DNA of 64,000 nucleotides from Candidatus Saccharimonadia bacterium (GTDB lineage Bacteria; Patescibacteriota; Saccharimonadia; UBA4664): NCBI GenBank assembly GCA_035479295.1, contig DATIIV010000012.1, positions 65,010 to 129,009 of the forward strand, read 5' to 3'. Shown piece by piece: positions 19,317 to 27,259 of this stretch (position 1 is its first letter; each line of letters starts with the position of its first letter). The notes under the pieces were generated by a model. It saw only the letters and a program-made list of their open reading frames with translations, ran no database searches and was not told where the DNA came from. The position numbers and the translations under genes were made by a program.

Positions 19317-21008
19317 ATGCGTAAGCAAATCTGGATGGCTCTGGGGGTGGCAGCAGTGTTGCTACTGCCAACCTGGGCGCCGGCGGCCGCGGCGGCCGAA
19401 CCACCACCGGCTTCGTCGATCGTGTGGCACAACTGCGCGCCGCCACCACTCGACATTCCCGATGGCGGCCAGAAGTGCGGCGAGATCGATGTGCCGCTGA
19501 ACTACCAGGACCCTCGCGGGACTCACATCGAGGTAGCGGTCTCGCGCATCGCGGCGGCCAACCCAACCAAGCGGCGCGGCGTGTTGCTGGTGAATCCGGG
19601 CGGCCCCGGCGGCTCGGGCCTGGATCTGCCGCGCGAGCTGAGTCTGTTGATGGACTCAGCGGTGCTCGATGCTTACGACATCGTGGGCTTCGATCCGCGC
19701 GGAGTGGGGCAGAGTACCCCGCTCACCTGTGGACTGACGGCGCTGCAAGCCAACCAAGCGCTGCCGCCGCTGATGCAGGATCACCGCTTTAGTGCCACCG
19801 CCACCTTTGTGCACCAGGTGGCCGACCAGTGCGCGGTGGACGGCGGCCAGATCATGCCGTACATGAACACGGCTAACACGGCCCGCGACATGGACCAGAT
19901 TCGGCGAGCGCTGGGTGAGCCCAAGATTAGTTACCTGGGGTACTCGTACGGCACGTATCTGGGCATGGTGTACGCGATGCTCTTTTCGCAGCACACCGAC
20001 CGCATGGTGATCGACAGCAACGTGGATCCAGACTGGACCTGGCGGGAGCAGTTTAACCAGTGGGGTCCAGCCGGCGCCGCGCGGTTCCCGGACTTTGCCC
20101 GGTTTGCGGCTGCCAATGATGCCACCCTACATTTGGGAGCCACGCCGGCCGCGGTGACCAACAAGTACTATCAGCTGTCGAATCAGTTGGCGGCCCATCC
20201 TCTGATGCTGCCAGATGGCACTATTCTGAACGACGCCTTCTTTTGCGAAGTTGTGTTTAGCTCTCTCTACAGCGATAGCTCATTCCCGTTCCTAGCTATG
20301 CTGTGGCAGGAGCTGAGCCAGCCGGTACTGCCGGGCGGGGCGGCGATTCAGAATACGTTGGGCGGGCTCGTGGGGCCAAGGCCGCTGGCCGGTGGACCCA
20401 CTCCGCCGCTCGTGCCGGTGGACAATCCGGTGGCCTCGGGTCTGGCGGTACTATGCAACGATGTGGCTTGGCCGCGCAATACGGCTGGGCTGCCGGATCC
20501 GGCGCATAACGTCGCCAGCTACGAGTTGGACCTGGGGCTCAGCATGGCTGCTTATCCCATGTTCGGGGCGCTCGGTCGCAACATTTGGCCCTGCGCCTAC
20601 TGGAAGAGTCCGCCAGTGGAGCCGTCGGTGCAGATTTCGGGTACCGGGCCACGCAACATTCTGATGATCCAGAATGTGCGCGACCCTGCCACGGCTTACA
20701 GCGGCGCCGTGGAGGCGCGCCAACTGCTCGGCCACCGCGCCAGCCTGGTAACGGTGCAGCAGGGCGGCCACGGTGCGGCCTACCTTACGCTCAGTCAGTG
20801 CGCTAGCGATGCCGCTACGCGCTGGCTAGTCAACGGCCTGATGCCGCCACCCAGCGGCCAGACCTGTCCGCCGCCGGGGCTCACCGCCTCGCCGCACGCC
20901 GCGCTCAGCTCTGAGGCCCCCACGCGTGGTGCAGTTGGTCCTGCCGCGACCAGCGCCCGCACCACGGCCATCCGACTCATTCAGGAGGTGATGCGACCAA
21001 GGTTCTAA
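19317..21008 (+). CDS. Secreted S33-family alpha/beta-hydrolase peptidase (tripeptidyl/prolyl aminopeptidase-like)
   Basis: Signal peptide MRKQIWMALGVAAVLLLPTWAPAAAAA. GxSxG motif GYSYGTYLG. Overall architecture resembles Streptomyces TAP. Confidence 0.7.
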   Translation: MRKQIWMALGVAAVLLLPTWAPAAAAAEPPPASSIVWHNCAPPPLDIPDGGQKCGEIDVPLNYQDPRGTHIEVAVSRIAAANPTKRRGVLLVNPGGPGGSGLDLPRELSLLMDSAVLDAYDIVGFDPRGVGQSTPLTCGLTALQANQALPPLMQDHRFSATATFVHQVADQCAVDGGQIMPYMNTANTARDMDQIRRALGEPKISYLGYSYGTYLGMVYAMLFSQHTDRMVIDSNVDPDWTWREQFNQWGPAGAARFPDFARFAAANDATLHLGATPAAVTNKYYQLSNQLAAHPLMLPDGTILNDAFFCEVVFSSLYSDSSFPFLAMLWQELSQPVLPGGAAIQNTLGGLVGPRPLAGGPTPPLVPVDNPVASGLAVLCNDVAWPRNTAGLPDPAHNVASYELDLGLSMAAYPMFGALGRNIWPCAYWKSPPVEPSVQISGTGPRNILMIQNVRDPATAYSGAVEARQLLGHRASLVTVQQGGHGAAYLTLSQCASDAATRWLVNGLMPPPSGQTCPPPGLTASPHAALSSEAPTRGAVGPAATSARTTAIRLIQEVMRPRF

Positions 21009-21043
21009 GCCAGTAGTTCAATACGCAGACAGTGCAAACACAG

Positions 21044-21078
21044 CCCTGCTGGGACTTCGGTTCCAGCAGGGTCTTTGC
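21044..21078 (+). terminator. Rho-independent terminator
   Basis: Stem CCCTGCTGG / CCAGCAGGG with a 10-nt loop, then TCTTTG. Confidence 0.55.
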
Positions 21079-21252
21079 TTGGCCATAGTAACAGCACCAT
21101 TCTTTTCATTTGGAAATATTGACAGCTTCTTGATAGCATTCTACGAGCCAACAAATTTTACTCAAGAACGGAGCGCAATTTTGGGAATAGTCTCCTAACA
21201 TACAACTTATGCTTATAAGTATGATGCTCCCGTACTAACCAGGAGACCGTTC

Positions 21253-22347
21253 ATGAAAAAACTGACCATAAAATTAATGCTGGCCCAGCTGCTAGCCATC
21301 GGTTCGCTGATGGTGGCCGGTCTTGGCACCGCCTCGGCCGCCACGCCCAATGCAGCGGCTGCGCTTAAGGCTACGCCCAGCGCCCCCGCGGCCGACCGCA
21401 ATGCGCTGCTCGCCCCCAGCCTAGCCAAGCCCCACGCGGTGGCCTCGCCGGCTATCACCTACACCGTGAGTCTAACTGCCAGCTCGACCTCGCTCTGGCC
21501 CACGCAGTACACCACGCTAACTGCCACCACCAACTCCAACGTCGGCCCGACGCCGTACTACCTGGAGATCTTCGACGCCAGCACCGGCGGCTCGGTGGCC
21601 ATCTGTGGCACCGGCACTACCTGTAGCGCCTCGGTAACGCAGACGGCTGCCACCACCCACTACTACCGGGCGTATGTGGCGTACTACTCGACCACCAATC
21701 CGCCGACCGGCATTCAGGCCGCCAGCGGCTACGTGGGTGTCACTTGGAAGAGCGTGGGCGTTACGCTGAGCGTTAATCCCAGCACCGTCAACGTGGGCGC
21801 CAGCAGCACGCTGAGCACCGTGACCACGGCCGACATCGGCCCCAGCCCGTTCTGGACTCAGATCTTTGACCTCAACACCGGCGCTCGTGTGGGCGTGTGT
21901 GGCTTTGGCACCACTTGCTCGGCTACGGTGAGCCAATCGGTGGCCACCACGCACAAGTTCGTGGCCTACGTGGCCAGCTACGGCACCAGCCTGCCGCTAG
22001 CTAATGTGCAAGCTACCTCGCTGGCCAACTATGTGACCTGGTCGAACGCCGGCTACCGCCTAAGCCTCACGACCACGCGCACCAGCGTTGGCCACGACAC
22101 CGTGACGGCTACGAGCAACATCAACGTTGGCCCGACGCCTTGGTACATCGAGATTTTTAACGTCAACACCGGCGCCCGCATCGCGGTCTGTGGCTTTGGT
22201 ACCACCTGCTCGGCCAATGTGGCGTTGAACTACGGTGCCAACAACTTCGTGGCCTTCACCTCGTCGTACGACACGGCGCTGCCGCCGGCCAACATCCAGG
22301 CCAGCTCCAAGGTAGTGACGGACAACTACTTCATCTTCATTCCGTAA
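21253..22347 (+). CDS. Secreted protein built from three ~97-aa repeats each with a conserved Cys pair
   Basis: Signal peptide MKKLTIKLMLAQLLAIGSLMVAGLGTASA. The motif NVGPTPYYLEIFDxxTGxxVAxCGxGTTCSAxV recurs three times. AGGAG RBS. Confidence 0.7.
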   Translation: MKKLTIKLMLAQLLAIGSLMVAGLGTASAATPNAAAALKATPSAPAADRNALLAPSLAKPHAVASPAITYTVSLTASSTSLWPTQYTTLTATTNSNVGPTPYYLEIFDASTGGSVAICGTGTTCSASVTQTAATTHYYRAYVAYYSTTNPPTGIQAASGYVGVTWKSVGVTLSVNPSTVNVGASSTLSTVTTADIGPSPFWTQIFDLNTGARVGVCGFGTTCSATVSQSVATTHKFVAYVASYGTSLPLANVQATSLANYVTWSNAGYRLSLTTTRTSVGHDTVTATSNINVGPTPWYIEIFNVNTGARIAVCGFGTTCSANVALNYGANNFVAFTSSYDTALPPANIQASSKVVTDNYFIFIP

Positions 22348-22374
22348 GCTGATCTTGGCTTCGTAATGTAGCAA

Positions 22375-22405
22375 GGCTCCCCTGACGAGGGGAGCCTTCG
22401 CGTTT
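22375..22405 (+). terminator. Rho-independent terminator
   Basis: Perfect 9-bp stem GGCTCCCCT / AGGGGAGCC with loop GACG, then TTCGCGTTTG. Confidence 0.6.
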
Positions 22406-22457
22406 GCGTGAGGCTGAGGTGGTTGTTAGGATAGGAAGAACTAAGAGGGTCAAGGTA

Positions 22458-23480
22458 ATGCCGATAATGCCACGAGTAAGCCAAGCACACATCGGCATGG
22501 TCGATGCTGGCGGCACCCACACGCGGGTGGTGGTAGCGACCGAGTCTGGCCGCGAGGTGTACGCCGAGGTGTTTGCGAGTCATGAGTATGCCGGCCTGGA
22601 TGAGGTACTGACGACGGCGTTTGAGGCGGCGGGTGTGGTGCCGGGGCGAATGGCCTTTGGTCTGGCTGGGCCGTACAATAGTGAGCGTGGCCGGCTGCGG
22701 TTTGGTAACCGGCCCGAGTGGCCCGACTTTGATCTGGCCGCCACTGAGCAGCGCTGGGGCTGCCGCGGCCGGGTCTGCAACGATGTGGAGTTGCAGGCGG
22801 CGGCCGCGGCTGCTACGGCGCCGGAACATTTGGTTACCCTCAAGCCGGGCCGCCTCTGGCCAGCCGGTCGCACCGTGGTGCTAACGCTTAGCACCGGGCT
22901 AGGCGTGGCCTTGGCCGAGGCCGGGCACACCATCGCCACTGAGTTTGGCTCCGAGGGCGTGGTGCCGCTGACCGACGACGAGGCCGACCTTGCTCGGTTC
23001 GTGGCGGCCGACGGCGGCACACCGTATGCACCCATCGGCGGCATTCTCGATGGCGGCAGCGGTTTTGGCCGGGCGCACGCCTGGCTGCTGGCTCGCGGCG
23101 AGCACCCGGCCGCAGCTACCCGGGCCCAGCTGGACAAGCTGCGGGCGGCCGGCGCCGATCCCGGTCCCGCCATTACCGCCGCGGCCGCCCACGATCCCTT
23201 TGCCGGCCGCATTATGCGCACCATGGGCGGCTTGTACGGCACCTACCTGCGCCAGCTCATGAACGCGCTGCAGCCCACCGCCGGCCTGCACCTAGTGGGT
23301 GCCGTCAATCAAGCAGCGGCCGAGTTCTGGGCCGATCCAGCGCATTCGCCGCTCCTCGAGCGCCTAACCGACCCTCGCCTTGATTATGCCGACGAAGTAG
23401 CCGGCTTCACCCTCATCCTTAATCGTGATCCCCAATTGGCTCGCCGCGGTGGTTTGGCGCTAGCTCGGTCTATTACGTAG
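22458..23480 (+). CDS. Glucokinase-family sugar kinase
   Basis: N-terminal IGMVDAGGTHTRVVVA nucleotide-binding motif typical of the Glk family. Start could be 22458, 22467 or 22497. Confidence 0.55.
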   Translation: MPIMPRVSQAHIGMVDAGGTHTRVVVATESGREVYAEVFASHEYAGLDEVLTTAFEAAGVVPGRMAFGLAGPYNSERGRLRFGNRPEWPDFDLAATEQRWGCRGRVCNDVELQAAAAAATAPEHLVTLKPGRLWPAGRTVVLTLSTGLGVALAEAGHTIATEFGSEGVVPLTDDEADLARFVAADGGTPYAPIGGILDGGSGFGRAHAWLLARGEHPAAATRAQLDKLRAAGADPGPAITAAAAHDPFAGRIMRTMGGLYGTYLRQLMNALQPTAGLHLVGAVNQAAAEFWADPAHSPLLERLTDPRLDYADEVAGFTLILNRDPQLARRGGLALARSIT

Positions 23481-23530
23481 CTTCGGTGCGTCCGCCAAAC
23501 CACTTACGCAAGTAGTGCTATACTTTAGGC

Positions 23531-24283
23531 ATGGCCATTCCAATTCCTCTTACCGGAATCTCTCAGCTTCTCGACTGCATCTTTCTGTTTGTAGCCTGGA
23601 GTTTAGTGGGTCAGCGCCTTAAGCAGGCCGGCGACCAAGCTATCATCACGGTTGGCCATATTTACCGCTACTTTGGCTATTTTGTTCTTTTTAATATCTT
23701 CATGACACTACCATACGCGGTGCTCTACCTTCGCCCGGACTGGTTTCCGGCCGCTATGGGCTGGGGGTATGTGGTGGCTAATATATTCTTGGTTATCTCG
23801 CTCTCTCATTTGTCGCGAATGGTGGCGCAAATGGTGCCGCAGTGGAGCAGCAAAGAACCCCTCATTCATGGTCTTTGGGTGGTGATTAATGTGGTCCTGA
23901 CCGGCCTTAATGTGGTGTATGTGGCTATTCTGGCCCAGCCGGGCTACGATAACGCCAGCGGCGTGACGCGGTTCCACATCCCCGGCGGCCTGGGCGCCAC
24001 GCTGGGCATGATTAGCCTCTTGGCTTACTTGCCGGCGCTCGTGCTCTTCGTTATGAACGCCGTTAAGGGCCACGGTGATCAGCGCCGTCGATCGATCTTG
24101 CTGGCGGCCGGTATGCTGCTTATTATGGTGGTGGGGCCGCTGCACGCGGTAGCCGCTAACTGGGAGGTATTTTTGCTAGCCGACGCCCTCAATGTCGTCA
24201 GCTTGGTGCTATTAGCCGGCGGCGTGCTGTATCGTATTGGCTCCAGCCTGGCCGCTTCGCCCCAGCCGGCTTCGGTCCGCTAG
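23531..24283 (+). CDS. 7-TM membrane protein, tandem paralog A
   Basis: About 7 hydrophobic helices. Clearly similar to the next gene (PxWxxxMxWGYVVxxIFL; GPLHxVAxNW). Confidence 0.55.
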   Translation: MAIPIPLTGISQLLDCIFLFVAWSLVGQRLKQAGDQAIITVGHIYRYFGYFVLFNIFMTLPYAVLYLRPDWFPAAMGWGYVVANIFLVISLSHLSRMVAQMVPQWSSKEPLIHGLWVVINVVLTGLNVVYVAILAQPGYDNASGVTRFHIPGGLGATLGMISLLAYLPALVLFVMNAVKGHGDQRRRSILLAAGMLLIMVVGPLHAVAANWEVFLLADALNVVSLVLLAGGVLYRIGSSLAASPQPASVR

Positions 24284-24347
24284 CTTTTTCTAGCTTTGGG
24301 TCGCTTCATCCATTAGAATAAGCGTAATAAGACAGGAAAAAGGCTTC

Positions 24348-25106
24348 ATGGACATCCCATTAACCGCCATAACAACCGCCATCGGCGTCCTCGTCATGTT
24401 TGGCGCCTGGTTCTTTGTGGGGCAGCGCATGAGGCAGAGCCACGTCGCCGTTCTGCGCCCCGTGCAGCTGTTCAACCAATTCTTTTTGAGCATGGCCGTC
24501 TTCTTTACCATCATGGCCGTGCCGCATATCTGGCTGTTCATCGACCCGAGCCAGTTCCCGATCTGGATGGCCTGGGGTTATGTGGTTGGCCACATTTTCT
24601 TGTACCTGGCCTTCATTAATATCATCCGCATGACCTTTACCATCGTGCCCAAGCTGACGCCCAAGGCGCCGTTGGCCGTAGGGGCCGCTATCGTCGTTAC
24701 CGTGGCGGTCACCATCATTAATGCCGTTACTATGATCTTTGGCACGCGCCCCAGCTACGACTACGTGCAGCATGTCACCCAGTTTAACGCCTCGCCGATT
24801 GTGGGCGCTTCCATTGGGATCTTTGCGGCGCTGGCGGTCTTTCCGCCGGCCATCTTATTTATTGTTAACGCCTTTAAGGCGCAGGGCAATCGGCGGGTGC
24901 GGTCGCTCATTCTGGGCATTGGGCTCATTTTGCTTATGACGGCTGGCCCACTGCACGATGTGGCCAAGAACTGGCAGACTTACATGCTGGCTGATATCTT
25001 CTCGATCTTGAGCATCATCGTCACCGGCACCGGCGTCGTCTACCGCCTGGAGCAGAGCCTCACCGTGGAGCCGCAGCCCGTGCCCGCCCCTACAGCTGGT
25101 CGATGA
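24348..25106 (+). CDS. 7-TM membrane protein, tandem paralog B
   Basis: Paralog of 23531-24283. Its 3' end overlaps the convergent histidine kinase gene by 17 nt. Confidence 0.55.
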   Translation: MDIPLTAITTAIGVLVMFGAWFFVGQRMRQSHVAVLRPVQLFNQFFLSMAVFFTIMAVPHIWLFIDPSQFPIWMAWGYVVGHIFLYLAFINIIRMTFTIVPKLTPKAPLAVGAAIVVTVAVTIINAVTMIFGTRPSYDYVQHVTQFNASPIVGASIGIFAALAVFPPAILFIVNAFKAQGNRRVRSLILGIGLILLMTAGPLHDVAKNWQTYMLADIFSILSIIVTGTGVVYRLEQSLTVEPQPVPAPTAGR

Positions 25107-26754
25107 GCGTCGACACCTCGGCCTCGACTACCTTGGCGTGGTCGCGCTGCAGCTGGCTAAACGGTGGCACTTCTAGGTAAAAGGTCGAGCCATGGTTGAG
25201 CGTACTCTTGCACCAGACCTTGGCGTTGAGTCGCTCGGCCAGCTCGAGGCAGAGGTACAGGCCGAGGCCGGTGCCGCCGGTCTCGCGAGTCCGGTAGTCC
25301 TCTGAGCGGTAGAATTTGGTGAATAAGTGGCGCTGGTCGCTGGCCGAGATGCCGATGCCGCTATCTTGCACGGCAAAGAGTACGCCGCCGTTTTGGCTTG
25401 GTGCAGCCTTAACAATGATGCCGCCCTCCTGGGTGTACTTCATGGCGTTGGTCAGGTAGTTCTGTAGCACCTCATGAATGTGGTGCTCGGTGGAGAGTAT
25501 GGAGGGTGTGTTGGGCAGCAACACGAGCTTGAGCGACAGGTTCTTCTCCTTGGCCTGGGGCATAAAGTCGTTGACCAACTGTTCGAGCAACAGCTTGGGA
25601 TTAACTGGCCGCAGCTGAATCGGAATAGTATCGTCTTGGGCCTGCGACAGGGTGGTGAGGTCGCGCACGATGCTGCCCAAAAAGACCGTATTGCGGTGCG
25701 CCTGCTCGAGCAAGAGGGTCAGCTGTGACGATAGCTGAGGCTTGGCTAGTAGGGCCGTTGATAGTGCGGCTTCCACAATAGTGAGCGGCGTGCGCAGTTC
25801 GTGCGAGGCCACGGCGATAAACTCTTCGCGCTGCTGATCGAGCGACTTCTCCTTGGTAATATCGCGGCCCACGATAATGTAGTTGATGGCGCCGGCCGCC
25901 CCCAACCGCACAGGCGTAATACTAATATCTAGGTCGGTGATGCTGCCGTCGGGGGCCGCATAGCCCAGATCGCGGCGCTGTTGAGGATCGGTGTTGCCTT
26001 GGGCGAGCTCTACCAGGGAGACGGCCTGCTTGGAGCGGCGCTGGAGCGGCAGTACCTTGGTGAGGTCGCGGCCGCGCAGCTCACCTTTGGCGCTCACGAG
26101 CGCTTGGGCGGCTCCATTGTGCAGAATAATCCGGCCGCGGTCATCAATCATAAAGATGGCGTCGTTGAGGCTATTAACCAGATTGAGCAATCGCTCGCGC
26201 TCGGTCTGGTTGTCGCGACTCAGCGCCTCTAGCTCGTGGCGCTCTTGGCGCTCGGCCCGCGTGAGCCGCTCCACAAATACTCCAATGATCAGCAGTACGA
26301 GCAGACTAATGGCGATGGTGCGCGGTTCGCTTAAGCTTAGGGGTTTGAAGGGCGCCCACATGGCGGTCGGAATCAGGGCTAAGGCTTGGCCGGCAATAAC
26401 GCCGAGTGAGCCGCGCAGACCATACCAATACGCCGCCGAGATAATCATAAAGACCAGAAAGGCCGAGTAGGGGGTGGAGATGCTCCCCACCAGGAGCAGC
26501 AGTGCCGCCACAAACAAGTTATCGAGCACGAGCATGGTAATGCGCGACGAGAGCAGGCGCAATCGGCCAAAGTTGGGCAGATAGTGCAGCATGTTGTAGG
26601 CCGCCGACACGCACATGAGGCCGTATAAGAACAGGCTCTGGGGCTGATCTGGCGGTATCGTAATGAGCGCCGTGCCGATGGTGAGCCAACGCACCTGGCG
26701 CGTTACGCGCTCGTAGTTGGCGGCTTTGTGGAGGGCTCGACCGTGGTTGTCCAT
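25090..26754 (-). CDS. Sensor histidine kinase (multi-TM N-terminus, PAS, HisKA, HATPase_c)
   Basis: H-box AVASHELRTPLT, N-box QNYLTNAMKYT, G-boxes DSGIGI and GGTGLGL. Confidence 0.8.
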   Translation of the reverse strand: MDNHGRALHKAANYERVTRQVRWLTIGTALITIPPDQPQSLFLYGLMCVSAAYNMLHYLPNFGRLRLLSSRITMLVLDNLFVAALLLLVGSISTPYSAFLVFMIISAAYWYGLRGSLGVIAGQALALIPTAMWAPFKPLSLSEPRTIAISLLVLLIIGVFVERLTRAERQERHELEALSRDNQTERERLLNLVNSLNDAIFMIDDRGRIILHNGAAQALVSAKGELRGRDLTKVLPLQRRSKQAVSLVELAQGNTDPQQRRDLGYAAPDGSITDLDISITPVRLGAAGAINYIIVGRDITKEKSLDQQREEFIAVASHELRTPLTIVEAALSTALLAKPQLSSQLTLLLEQAHRNTVFLGSIVRDLTTLSQAQDDTIPIQLRPVNPKLLLEQLVNDFMPQAKEKNLSLKLVLLPNTPSILSTEHHIHEVLQNYLTNAMKYTQEGGIIVKAAPSQNGGVLFAVQDSGIGISASDQRHLFTKFYRSEDYRTRETGGTGLGLYLCLELAERLNAKVWCKSTLNHGSTFYLEVPPFSQLQRDHAKVVEAEVSTLIDQL

Positions 26755-26757
26755 GGG

Positions 26758-27165
26758 CTACTCAGACTCGAGCGTCGGCGCCTCTTTGGCCGGCAGGTTC
26801 AGGTGCTGGCGCAGGCGAGCCATGACATCGGCAATAACGACCTGCGACTTCACCAGATAATCGTCGGCACCCAGCTCTTTGGCCCGGGCCTGATCGTTGG
26901 CTTGACCCAGCGCCGACAGAATCACGATCTTAATGCGGCTCGTCTCGGGCGTATGGCGCAGAATATCCAGCACGTCAAAGCCGTTGAGGCGCGGCATCAT
27001 AATATCGAGCAGGATCAGATTGGGCTTAAAGTCGCGGGCAGCCTGCAGCGCCTCTTCGCCATTACTGCAATGCTTTACCTCGAAGCCCTCGGCCTCCATG
27101 CGCATTTGGTAGAGGCTGGCTAGGGTGAGGTCGTCTTCGACCAGTAGGATGCGGGGTTGACTCAT
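26758..27165 (-). CDS. Stand-alone response regulator receiver (CheY-like)
   Basis: ILLVEDD ... LILLDIMMP ... KIVILSALG ... K. 135 aa, no output domain. Confidence 0.85.
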   Translation of the reverse strand: MSQPRILLVEDDLTLASLYQMRMEAEGFEVKHCSNGEEALQAARDFKPNLILLDIMMPRLNGFDVLDILRHTPETSRIKIVILSALGQANDQARAKELGADDYLVKSQVVIADVMARLRQHLNLPAKEAPTLESE

Positions 27166-27259
27166 AGGTTCCTCTTAATCGTGGCCGGCCTCAAGCCGGT
27201 AACGCTTTCTGAAATTATTTTACCATGCCGAAGCCATGGGGCAATTGGGTGATTGGCGA

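Noticed and set aside
23531-25106. Possible rhomboid-protease relationship of the 7-TM paralogs (G-A-S/T-x-G and a downstream GPLH).
   Set aside because: The pattern is weak. One paralog has Thr in place of the would-be Ser, and the TM2 H/N motif is absent. Too speculative without HHpred.
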